A stretch of DNA of 44,962 nt from an uncultured Hyphomicrobiales bacterium (GCA_964529535.1 CAZGXC010000004.1:1-44962); one strand, 5' to 3'. Shown: positions 9,151 to 18,900, counted from the first letter of the stretch. Program-made: numbers and translations. Notes: a model not told the origin generated them from the letters alone.

Positions 9151-9917
9151 TTAAAAGTTATACCATAAAGCTATAAGAAATTGGACGTTGTGTAAGTTTC
9201 TATCTGTCATTTCCCAATCATAAGGAATAGTAGTCCCCATTATGTAGCTTTGTCCACTAGAATTTTTCCAAAGAGGATCGAGGAAGAACTGGAAGCGCGC
9301 CTGAGGCACGAGGCTTAAATTCTTGTTGATTTTGAAATCATATCCCGCACCAACTTCAAGTGCAAATCTGTTTTTAATAAAATGGTCGATATCAGGATTT
9401 AGATTGCAAGTAACAGTGCTGGGATTCGTAAATAGTAATGAATTATATGGTTGGTTAGCAAGTTGTTGGACAGAAACGAGATTATTAGCTGGAACTGAAG
9501 AATTTAAGGATTGTATCATAATCTCTTCAGTCGGAGTGCCGGTTAAAAAATCTGCATCGCAGAAGTTTCGTTAAATCTGTAATCTCCAACTAATGCAAAA
9601 TGTCCAGCAAAACCCGTCCCGCTGGTAGATAAGTCAACGATTGTGCTACGTCTTAATATGACGTTCGGGGGCAAGACTTGGTGAGTGTAAGTATTGAGCT
9701 GAGAGAAAAGGCTGAAATTTACCCCACCCTCGATACCGATTTTGAATTTGCATTCTCCATCGCCGTAGTTTGAATAACTGGTGCTACCGTCGGCATTGGA
9801 ATTCGTAATAATTCCATCTCGTGGTCGCAGAACGTCTTCGGCAATAAGCTGAACAGTTGAAACTGTTATAAAGCCTGTAGCAAAGAGCGTAAATAATAAT
9901 AAGTACTTCTTTAGCAT
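9151..9917 (-). pseudogene. Small outer-membrane beta-barrel protein gene split by a frameshift in a T6 homopolymer (minus strand)
   Basis: ORF 9543-9917 carries the signal peptide (MLKKYLLLFTLFATGF...) and stops at ...SAMQIF-TAA. ORF 9151-9519 ends in an OMP-type terminus (...FLIALWYNF). The downstream frame is open back to 9570 and overlaps the upstream stop. Adding one T to the run at 9545-9550 (A6 on plus) fuses them as ...MQIFLTGTPTEEIMIQSLNSS..., about 255 aa. Confidence 0.6.
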
Positions 9918-10191
9918 AACTGCTCCTTAAATATAACAATTGTAAATTTACTAATAATATGTTTACAAATTAAATAAAAAATATAAAAAAAACAAGAAAA
10001 AATTAAATAGTGCATGATTTTTTTTTCGATATTAATCTTGATAAAAAATTATTATAAGTGGAGCGAGAAAAAATATGTTAGCTTTACCCAATAGAGAAGC
10101 ATATTTACTCTTTAGATTTAGGTAATTGGCTAATCTTTGAGTAAGCTTGTAGGCGCGATTGTTTGGTAATCATACATAAAATAGATATTTT

Positions 10192-10221
10192 TGTAACCTT
10201 CAATCAAATTACTGTGTCTAT
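10192..10221 (+). promoter_or_regulatory. Candidate ECF-sigma-type promoter upstream of the ECF sigma gene (possible autoregulation)
   Basis: TGTAACCTT (10192-10200), a 16-nt spacer, then TCTA (10217-10220), about 47 nt upstream of the ATG at 10267. It has the same architecture as the site at 12509-12537 and resembles the general ECF pattern: an AAC-containing -35, a ~16-nt spacer and a TC-initiated -10. Confidence 0.4.
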
Positions 10222-10266
10222 AACATTGAATAAACAACTAACTTATAAATAGATAAATATTGGTAA

Positions 10267-10842
10267 ATGCTTTTTAAAAAAGGAAATATTGCTCCCGCTA
10301 CAAAGGAAATGGATATAGAATCCGCTTCCCGCGAGCTTGCGCTCGGCTCAGTCGAAGCCTTTAATTTCCTTTACGAACGATACCACAAAAAGCTTTATTG
10401 GTTCTGCCTGCGGATGCTCGGCGATAGCGAAGCTGCCAAAGACGCATACCAGGACGCATTTATCAAAGTCTATGACAAGAGGAAGGAGTTCCGTGGCGAG
10501 AACTTTTCAGCGTGGCTTTTTACGATTGGTCGCAATATTTGCCTGAACGTGATCCGCGCTCGCAAGGAATACTCAGAGCTTGAAGAGGATGCGCAAATCA
10601 CCGACCACGTCCGAGAGTCTGATATAGGGATGAAGGATTTCATCAATCAATCTCTAATGAAATTACCCGTAGTGTATCGAGAAGTCTTGATCTTGCGGGA
10701 ATACGAAGATTGCTCCTATCAAGAAATAGCAGATATTTTAAATATCGACCTCTCGAACGCAAAAGTGAGAGTGCACCGAGCCAGAGCTTTGATGCGGAAA
10801 ATATTAACCCCTATTGCTAAAGAATATTATAGCGATAGATGA
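10267..10842 (+). CDS. RNA polymerase ECF-type sigma-70 factor
   Basis: Region 2 (FNFLYERYHKKLYWFCLRMLGDSEAAKDAYQDAFIKVY...FSAWLFTIGRNICLNVIRARK) and region 4 (LPVVYREVLILREYEDCSYQEIADILNIDLSNAKVRVHRARALMRK). Confidence 0.9.
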   Translation: MLFKKGNIAPATKEMDIESASRELALGSVEAFNFLYERYHKKLYWFCLRMLGDSEAAKDAYQDAFIKVYDKRKEFRGENFSAWLFTIGRNICLNVIRARKEYSELEEDAQITDHVRESDIGMKDFINQSLMKLPVVYREVLILREYEDCSYQEIADILNIDLSNAKVRVHRARALMRKILTPIAKEYYSDR

Positions 10843-10896
10843 TTAATAACCTTAGTAGATAAGAAAAAAGATAATTAATAAATAACATAGATACAA

Positions 10897-12369
10897 ATGG
10901 ATTACGAAGATTTAATATCGAAATACTTAGACGGCGAGCTAAGCCCAAGCGAAGACGAGGTGCTTCGCTCGGAAATTGCTCAAAACCCTGATTTAAAGAT
11001 GGATTTTGATGACTCTATTTTTGTGCATTATGCACTGAAAGAAGATGCAGAAAGCCTGAAAGTCCCAGAAGATTTAAAGATAAATACGCAGGACCTCGTC
11101 CTAATGAAAATAGTCGGGGATAGACCGAATATTATCAAAATGGATAATAGAATCAGTGCATTCCGCCAGTTCGCTGCAAGCGTAGCGGCTGTAATTCTAT
11201 TGGGATTCGCTAACATCAATGATTATTCAATGTTCAGGCATTTGAGTGAGTTATATACTTACCAGACGAATCAGATCAATCAGCAAATTGAATCGGAGCA
11301 AGCGATAGAAGCTAATGCAAATGCTGGAAAAGCACGCAAAAACAATAGTCGAAAAAATAATATTCGCGAGAATAAAACCACTAATAATTACAGTAATAAT
11401 TTTGGGCTTTCATCAAGAAAGATAGAAAATAAAACGCAAATAGAAGAAAGCAATAGTAATGCTGAAATCGAAGAAGTCGCTACTACATCAATCTTAATGA
11501 ATAGTAATTCCAGCAACAAGATAGAGATCCAGCAGCCAACAATTGCCGCTCCAATAGCAATGAATGTTATTGATAAACTCAAATCAAGTGAAGTATCTCC
11601 TGTTTTAGCCAAAAAAGCAGTAGCCAATACAGATGCTAAATCACAAGAAATGAGTAGATTACTTGCTGGGAATATTCAAAATAATGTGAGTGGTATTAAC
11701 GCACAAAGCTCGCACATTTCATTTGACAACAGTAATTATGCAAAGAATAATATCCGCTATATTGACGCAAACAACTGGACAAACAACAACAGATTCAATA
11801 ATACTTTAAATTCAGATCCTTTAGTCAATTTAGAAATCAACTCATATTATTCAAGCAATTCAATAAGCAACACCCTAAAAGACCCAGATACTAAACTCTC
11901 CATGGGATTCTCATACAGCATAGGATATGGCATAGATCAGAAGCATAAATTTGGCGTCGAAGTAGGAAGCATTAATCAAAGGTATACAGTGGTGGAAATG
12001 CTGCAAGTGCCGGTAACTGTTTATACAAATGATCCATCAGGTAGTGCGACTGCCCCGGGTCCAACGGTATTGATGCCATACGAAAGAAATAATTCTCTAA
12101 ATTATATTTGGGGTAGCGCATTTTATGAATACAATTTGCTGAATTATAATGATTTCGTCCTCGATGGCAGAATAAACATCGGGGCAAATAGCCTTGGATT
12201 AATGAATGTTTCGCGCCTTACAGCATCTTATCATTTGCTAAATACCGTGAAGTTCAGCGTTGGTTTGGATAATCGTATGTTTTACATCAATGATTTCTCG
12301 ATTTCAGGCACTCCTCGTAAATTGATCAACTCATTTGGCTTGGTGTATGGAATCCAGTTGTCTATTTAA
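10897..12369 (+). CDS. Putative anti-sigma factor: N-terminal anti-sigma domain, one TM helix, long N/S/Q-rich linker, C-terminal beta-barrel-like domain
   Basis: It sits immediately downstream of the ECF sigma gene. The N-terminus ISKYLDGELSPSEDEVLRSEIAQNPDL is anti-sigma (zf-HC2-like) but lacks the His/Cys ligands. The TM segment is ~aa 89-105 (FRQFAASVAAVILLGFA). aa ~120-330 are low-complexity Asn/Ser/Gln-rich. aa ~334-490 show an alternating amphipathic pattern (LSMGFSYSIGYGI, KFGVEVGS, YIWGSAFYEYNL, VKFSVGLDNRMFYI, FGLVYGIQLSI). Confidence 0.6.
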   Translation: MDYEDLISKYLDGELSPSEDEVLRSEIAQNPDLKMDFDDSIFVHYALKEDAESLKVPEDLKINTQDLVLMKIVGDRPNIIKMDNRISAFRQFAASVAAVILLGFANINDYSMFRHLSELYTYQTNQINQQIESEQAIEANANAGKARKNNSRKNNIRENKTTNNYSNNFGLSSRKIENKTQIEESNSNAEIEEVATTSILMNSNSSNKIEIQQPTIAAPIAMNVIDKLKSSEVSPVLAKKAVANTDAKSQEMSRLLAGNIQNNVSGINAQSSHISFDNSNYAKNNIRYIDANNWTNNNRFNNTLNSDPLVNLEINSYYSSNSISNTLKDPDTKLSMGFSYSIGYGIDQKHKFGVEVGSINQRYTVVEMLQVPVTVYTNDPSGSATAPGPTVLMPYERNNSLNYIWGSAFYEYNLLNYNDFVLDGRINIGANSLGLMNVSRLTASYHLLNTVKFSVGLDNRMFYINDFSISGTPRKLINSFGLVYGIQLSI

Positions 12370-12508
12370 CAAAAAATTAAGCAAAAATTCAAAATAGTGC
12401 ATTTATTTCCCAAAAATTCCTTATATTTGAAATTCTGAAAAATTTAGTAATATGCAAAGTAGAAGAAAAGTAGCAATAACAGTAATAACAATGATGAAAG
12501 GCAATGGA

Positions 12509-12538
12509 TGAAACCTTGTTTCGCACTTGAAAATCGAG
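12509..12538 (+). promoter_or_regulatory. Candidate ECF-sigma-type promoter upstream of the TonB-dependent receptor operon
   Basis: TGAAACCTT (12509-12517), a 16-nt spacer, then TCGA (12534-12537), about 156 nt upstream of the ATG at 12693. It matches the 10192-10220 site at 11 fixed positions with identical spacing. Confidence 0.4.
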
Positions 12539-12575
12539 CAAATTTAATCCCAACCATATAATCATCGACTTAATG

Positions 12576-12605
12576 CTTATCCAAAAAAACAATAATTTGG
12601 ATAAG
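12576..12605 (+). promoter_or_regulatory. Leader hairpin in the 5' region of the TonB-dependent receptor gene
   Basis: Perfect 10-bp stem CTTATCCAAA (12576-12585) / TTTGGATAAG (12596-12605) with a 10-nt loop. It is followed by a weaker GTAT.GC...GC..ATAC hairpin and ATTTTTA (~12607-12635). It lies between the candidate promoter and the ATG at 12693. Confidence 0.4.
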
Positions 12606-12692
12606 GTATTGCTATTTATAGCGGATACATTTTTAAGAAATAAACATAATTTATTAAACATAAATATTAATATTAATACAAAAGGAGCATTT

Positions 12693-15600
12693 ATGCGAAA
12701 ACTATTATTAGTTTTATTCCTTGGGTTGCTAATGTTACCAATCGCAGCACAAGCTGCTAACTATGGCAATTTAAGAGGAAGAATCGTAGATGTAGGCGAA
12801 GACCCAAAGCAGGGCGCTTATATCTCGGTAGTAGGAACTAAATTGGGCGCTATCTCTAAGAAAGATGGTAAATTCAATGTAGTTGCTATTCCGGTGGGTA
12901 GTTATGAACTCCTAATTTCTTATCTCGAGTCAGAGACTCGCGTAAACTTTTCAATCTCGGCAGACGAGAATAAAGATTTAGGCGACATCGTTATCTCCCT
13001 AAAAGGTGATACTGTATTCGTAGATGGAAATAAAATGGGAGCAGTCGATAAGACTAAAATTGGCGATGGTATCAGCATCTCCAAAGACCAAATTACCTCT
13101 ACCACAAAGACGGACATCGCTTCATTAGTCGGTTCTAAAGTCGGCGTGCAGAATACTGGCGACGGTTTCTCTATTCGTGGTTCTAGAAATAGTGAGACAT
13201 CACTAAGATTAGACGGCGTCGAGATCTCTAATCCATTAAACGGTGGATACGGAGCCGGCGGAACATCTTATTACCCAATGCCTTCTACGCTTAATATCGC
13301 AGAAGTCCAGGTAATAACAGGTGGATTCTCCGCTGAATACGGCGAGGCAATGGGCGGCGTGGTAAACCAATCAATGGTTTATGGTAATAACAAAAGATAC
13401 GACGGAGCTTTCCAATGGAGAAGCAATATCGGAGCTTTATATGGCTCTACTAAAAACTCATTAGGTCTAGAAGAAAGAGACGGAATATTAAGAGCATATA
13501 ACGCTGGCGATGGCTATCAATTAAAGCCAGCTTCGAATAACTACTTTGATTTTGCAATCAATGGTCCAATGCCATTTACTGGCGGAGACATCGTATTCTC
13601 ATTAAGTACAACATATAATACTACAAGCGGTAACTCTTCTTATGGAATAAAAGATCCATTAGGACAAGACGTATCTAACCGCGATCATAATAACAGCTGG
13701 GTAAAGAGAATTGACTTCAGAAGCCAGATTAACATGATCAAAGACGTTGAGATCTCCCTCGGAGCATCTTATGGTATTACAAGCATCGAAAGCAATGATT
13801 GGAACTGGAGCTTATCTACAATGAAAGGTCAAGGAACTAACTTGAATTTAGATGGCGGTATCGCTAATAACTTCATCGGCGTTTCTGAGAACTTAGCAAA
13901 GCAAAACGTTGTCAATATTAAAGTAATGAACTTCTTAGCAAGAGTAAAGCAAATTTTCCAAAATGCTAGCTTTTATCAGTTAACATTATCATATAACCAA
14001 AATGATGATGATAATTCAAGAAGAATCAACATGGACGGTCCAAGCTTCTTCACTGGTTTCGATGTATTAAAGCCACAAAACTTATACATGATCCAAGAAA
14101 CAGGCGGACAAAAAATCCCAGTAAAATCAGAATTAGTAGATCAATACTTAGATCATTATGCTAAATTTACTAACATGAGACAATCAGCAGATGGATACTA
14201 TAATGCAGATATGCCAATTATTAATCCATTCACTGGATACTATGAAGGTGGCGAAGGCTCTAATACCAACAACCCTTATGGATGGTACACAAGTGGCTTC
14301 GTAAAACACGGATCTGACGGCGGTTTACAATTCAGAAGAACATTATACTATCAAGCAGATGGTTTCTATGATATTTCAATAGATGATGATAAAGTAACTC
14401 ACAATATCAAAACAGGATTTGAAGTAAGAAAATATGAAGTGCATAGACACTCCAACTCAGCACCTTGGAACGAGTTAAGCGGTTTCGACGTATTCTCTGA
14501 CCAATGGGGCGGCAATTTGTATATTCCACCAGTGGACGTAACAAATCCAGCCAACACTCCAAACTTCAAATATGCAAAAGAACATACAAGCAAGCCATTC
14601 TCTCCATTTAGAGGAAGCGTTTATGTCCAAGATCAAATTAGATATAAAAATATCGTATTTACTCCTGGCTTAAGATTAGACTACTTCAACGCAAATGGTG
14701 ATTATAGAACTAACATGAGCAAATATACAAGAATTTATGAACGCCAATACTTCGCTCCAACAGATGCAAACTTCTACGTGAGCCCAAGAATCTTCGTTAC
14801 ATATCCATTGACAGAAGCATCAAAAATCGATTTGTCTTATGGTTTATTCTTGAAAACTCCTGAATTACAGTATCTATATGATAGATTTAACGCTTGGACA
14901 ATCAGCTCTGGTCAAGTAATTGGTAACCCAAATATGAAACCACAGAGATCAAGCCAATATCAAGTATCTTATGAAAACTACTTGACTGAAGACCTGAACT
15001 TAAATATCACAGCATATTATAAAGATATTTACAATCAATTAGGCGTAACTTACGTAATGGCTACTCCAATACCTTTCTACGTATACAGCACAACTGAATA
15101 CGGTAGCAGCAAAGGATTAGAGTTCTCTTTAACTAAAATGCCAACAGACAATATTTATGCTTCATTGAATTACTCAATAGCAATGAATAAGGGAACTTCC
15201 GCTGGACCAACAAGTAATATGAGCAGACCTACTGACCCATATACTGATAAGTTAGCATTCCCATTAGCAGAATTTAACATGAACAATGACGTGCGCCATA
15301 CAGTAAATGCATCATTAGCATTTATGTGGGGCAATAATGATGGACCAGAATTATTCGGAATCCAACCATTAGAAAACGCAAGCATTAACTTCGACGCAGT
15401 TTATCGCACTGGATATCCATACACAAGATTCAAACGCTCTGGCGAGCCAATTTCAGACTTCAACGAAGTTCGCCAACCAGACTTCTGGAGATTAGATATG
15501 AGATTATCAAAGAGATTCATTTTAGCTGATTGGTTCGGCGATGCAATGGGCAAAACAGCTATCGAAGTATTCGTAAACGTTTATAACATATTAAACAGAA

Positions 15601-15920
15601 GAGTGCCAACATCACTCAACGGAATCACTGGCGATCCAGACGATAACGGAAGAAGCTACTATCTAAAAGTAACAGATCTATATCAAACTACTTTATATGA
15701 TAAAGCAAATCCAGCGCAAGCAAATACATTCTCTGTAGTGCAATACGATGGATATGGAGACAGATTATACACTCCACAAGCAGACTTTAACAAAGATGGA
15801 TTAGTAACATCTGACGAACAATTCCAAGCATATAGAAATTATCTATTGGATATGGGACAAATGAGAGGCAATTATCAGGCTCCTAGAACAGTGAATTTTG
15901 GTATTAAAATTAATTTCTAA
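12693..15920 (+). CDS. TonB-dependent receptor, SusC-like architecture (carboxypeptidase-regulatory-like domain + plug + beta-barrel)
   Basis: Start moved from the ORF-track 12573 to ATG 12693. That ATG is preceded by AAAGGAG (12681-12687) and yields the signal peptide MRKLLLVLFLGLLMLPIAAQA. N-terminal GRIVD...FNVVAIPVGSYELLISY (CarboxypepD_reg-like). Plug-like block GDGFSIRGSRNSETSLRLDGVEISNP...VITGGFSAEYGEAMGGVVN. Ends ...RTVNFGIKINF (terminal Phe). Confidence 0.85.
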   Translation: MRKLLLVLFLGLLMLPIAAQAANYGNLRGRIVDVGEDPKQGAYISVVGTKLGAISKKDGKFNVVAIPVGSYELLISYLESETRVNFSISADENKDLGDIVISLKGDTVFVDGNKMGAVDKTKIGDGISISKDQITSTTKTDIASLVGSKVGVQNTGDGFSIRGSRNSETSLRLDGVEISNPLNGGYGAGGTSYYPMPSTLNIAEVQVITGGFSAEYGEAMGGVVNQSMVYGNNKRYDGAFQWRSNIGALYGSTKNSLGLEERDGILRAYNAGDGYQLKPASNNYFDFAINGPMPFTGGDIVFSLSTTYNTTSGNSSYGIKDPLGQDVSNRDHNNSWVKRIDFRSQINMIKDVEISLGASYGITSIESNDWNWSLSTMKGQGTNLNLDGGIANNFIGVSENLAKQNVVNIKVMNFLARVKQIFQNASFYQLTLSYNQNDDDNSRRINMDGPSFFTGFDVLKPQNLYMIQETGGQKIPVKSELVDQYLDHYAKFTNMRQSADGYYNADMPIINPFTGYYEGGEGSNTNNPYGWYTSGFVKHGSDGGLQFRRTLYYQADGFYDISIDDDKVTHNIKTGFEVRKYEVHRHSNSAPWNELSGFDVFSDQWGGNLYIPPVDVTNPANTPNFKYAKEHTSKPFSPFRGSVYVQDQIRYKNIVFTPGLRLDYFNANGDYRTNMSKYTRIYERQYFAPTDANFYVSPRIFVTYPLTEASKIDLSYGLFLKTPELQYLYDRFNAWTISSGQVIGNPNMKPQRSSQYQVSYENYLTEDLNLNITAYYKDIYNQLGVTYVMATPIPFYVYSTTEYGSSKGLEFSLTKMPTDNIYASLNYSIAMNKGTSAGPTSNMSRPTDPYTDKLAFPLAEFNMNNDVRHTVNASLAFMWGNNDGPELFGIQPLENASINFDAVYRTGYPYTRFKRSGEPISDFNEVRQPDFWRLDMRLSKRFILADWFGDAMGKTAIEVFVNVYNILNRRVPTSLNGITGDPDDNGRSYYLKVTDLYQTTLYDKANPAQANTFSVVQYDGYGDRLYTPQADFNKDGLVTSDEQFQAYRNYLLDMGQMRGNYQAPRTVNFGIKINF

Positions 15921-15957
15921 TAAATTGAGTAATTTAATTAAATAAATAGAGGCTTTT

Positions 15958-18900
15958 ATGCAAAACAAAATAAAGCTGTTAGTTGTTGGTGCAATCCTTA
16001 TGTTCTCGTGGGCATTAGCAGGATCTTTATATGCTCTGCCACAGAACTATAAAAAAACAGATGATACCGAACAATTACAAGCAGAATCAAAAAGAATACA
16101 GCAATTGTATGACGTCCGCAAAAACACGGTAAGTAATATACAATTCTATACATCAAATTATGGAATATTCGGATTTGACGTAGCCCGAAGCCGTGGCGCT
16201 GGCTACTGGCCCCGTGGCTCCTTAAATCAATATATTTTCGCTGGTGGTATCTGGTTCGGTGCGCAGAAATTGCACCCAGATTCAACTGGTCAGTTAGCTC
16301 CGAAAAAATATGTATCTTTAACATACAATCCAAACTCAGCACAATCTTGGATGGTGCCGGGCAGAATCTTCGATTATAATGGCAACGAGCAACTCCTTGC
16401 CAATGAAGACGACGTATGGTTATACAGAACATATATTTCTACAGAATTTAACCGCTCTACTGGTAAACCATACAATGCTGAAGAAAAATATGCTTGGCCA
16501 ATATGGGATACTGAATCAAAAGATTCTGGTTACGTGTTGAAATATGATAGATATTTTGGTAAATTCGTAAACAACCCAGCAGATAGAAATACTGACAAAT
16601 ACAAAAAAGGTCCAGCTTTCGTATCAGAAGAAGATATTTTCGCTTCATTCAAAGATACAGACTTAAATAAATATCAAATCGGTGCTGGTAAAGCAAGAGA
16701 AGATGGATATCCATTGAAAATGCAATACGAGCAAATGATTTACTCTTGGGGCTTCGGTGAATATAAAGACTTTATCTTTATCAAATATGATATAATCAGT
16801 ATGTCCAAAGATACACTCCGCAATTGCTGGATGGCTCCTATCATGGACGTAGATATTGCACGCTCTCCTTATACAGATGCGGGTGCACAAAATGATAGAG
16901 TGAAATATTACAAACCAAAAGATTGGGAAGACCAACCAGATAAAAAAAGCGTTCAAGATACATTGAACTTAGCGTTCCAATGGACAATGAATAACCAAGG
17001 CGAAGACGGAAAAGGCTTCGGTTACTTGGGATACGACTTCTTGGAATCTCCATCTGTCCATAAAGCAGTAGGCGAAGTAGAAGTAATTGAAAACGATAAA
17101 AAAGTAATGAAAAATTGGATGTGGAGCACTTTCCACGAAGTAAAGAAAGGGCAATACTTACCAAATTCAAACCAAAGAGCAGAGAACGATACAATTATCG
17201 GTATTACTAAATTAGTATATGATAAAGCACTTGAAGGCTTCGTAAGAAAAGATAAAAGATATTATGAAACTATCGAGCAATTAGGTTTGGTGTCGTTCAG
17301 AAACTGGAACATTTCAGAAGATAAGCACACAGCAGATGAGCAGTATAACTTCCTTTCTGATATCGGTCCTAACGGCTATTACAGAGATGGCGATACTGGT
17401 CCTGGTGATAAGAGATTTATGATGGCGACTGGACCATTCTCAATGCTTCCAAAAGATACAGTGCGCGTAGTGGTAGGTATTATCTTAGCATTACCAGCTG
17501 TTCAACGCGAAGCAGACGGTTCAGAGGAAGACGTTGCGAATCTAAAGAGACGCGATATGTTCGCTCAGAAAGTATATGATAACCACTTTAGAGCACCAGC
17601 TCCACCAGAAAATACACGTTTCTTGGGATACAAATCATATAACAATGCAATAGAAGTATATTGGGATTCAACTGCCGAAATGTCTTATGATCCAGAAGAA
17701 AGAGGATTAGACTTCATGGGCTATACCCTATATAGAGCAAGAGACCCACTATTAGATACATTTAACGTAAATAAAGTACAAGCAGACGATAAATATGCAA
17801 AAGGTAGAGGACCATTCGGCTGGAAACGCGTAGAATCTTGGCAAATGCCTTCTCCTTATATTCAAACAGGAATTATGCCAACACCTGGTGATAATAAAAT
17901 ATACCCAAGTATTGATGATTTCGAAATCGTAGGCCTTGGTTTCGAGGGTGATAAAATGGACACAATGTCTATCACTATCATGAAGAGACCAATGGGATTC
18001 GTTACGATATCTGCAAAAGATAGAGCTACAATGAATGATACAGCAAAATATGCTACACCTACTATTCACGGTTTCTATCCCGATACAAATAATCCAAATC
18101 CATGGGTTAAGTATTTAATGAAATTCTGGGATAACAACTTAAAGGATGTTCAGCTTGATCCATTAAAATCATATAAAGCGCAATATCCTAACAACGTGTT
18201 CTTGGATAACATTCTAATGGCAAAAGTAGTTCTTAATCAAGCCTTGGTAAGCTACAACCCATTGTTCTATGTAGAAGAAACAGTTCCTGCTTATGGCTAT
18301 ATGCAAGAAAAGCTAAAAGATCAACAAGGTAAAGACTCTTTGGGAGCACTTACTCGAATTGACCTGACTCCTGAAAACATGAAGGATGAAGCTCTTCAAA
18401 AGAAATTAGTTAGCCAATACAGAGCGAATCCAGAAGATGGATATTATATATTCTTATATAACACATTTAGACCAATCGAGATAAATGGTAATGTAAAATA
18501 TTATCTAACAAGAATGAAACCTCTATGGAATACTAAACCAGAGAGCTGGGCTAATATTTTCAAAAACGAAGAATGGCTAAGATACGCAAAAGGAAAATTC
18601 ATTGAGTTCATGCAAAAAGGTATGGTAAATGATGTCATTATCAATGATAGCTTAGTTTATGATGCCGGACGTGCAGCAGTGATTGAACCATATATGACTA
18701 AGATTACAAACGGTAGAAAATACTATGATTTCGCTGACGATGGCAATAATAACAAAGTAGTTGAAACAAGTGATAACTCTGCATTAACAGAGAGAATACT
18801 AAACAATATCGATTACTACTACAAACTCGAAGCATACGATGAGGGTGATTACTTACAACCAACAGAATCTAAGAAAAATGACGGTTCTAAGGGCAGAAGT

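Noticed and set aside
12389-12661. 90-aa minus-strand ORF, plus the 40-codon N-terminal extension (12573-12692) that the ORF track gives for the TBDR.
   Set aside because: This is AT-rich intergenic sequence. The extension lacks a signal peptide and runs through the leader hairpin. ATG 12693 has an AAAGGAG site and a canonical signal peptide.
12538-12692. Possible cobalamin or other riboswitch in the TBDR leader.
   Set aside because: The leader is extremely AT-rich and shows no GC-rich conserved core such as a B12 box. Only generic hairpins are present.
15998-17194. Cluster of minus-strand ORFs (144, 63, 97, 117 and 61 aa) at the 5' end of the 1648-aa gene.
   Set aside because: They overlap each other and the sense gene. 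Their translations are Cys/Arg/His/Phe-rich nonsense-like sequences, typical of the antisense frame of an AT-rich gene.
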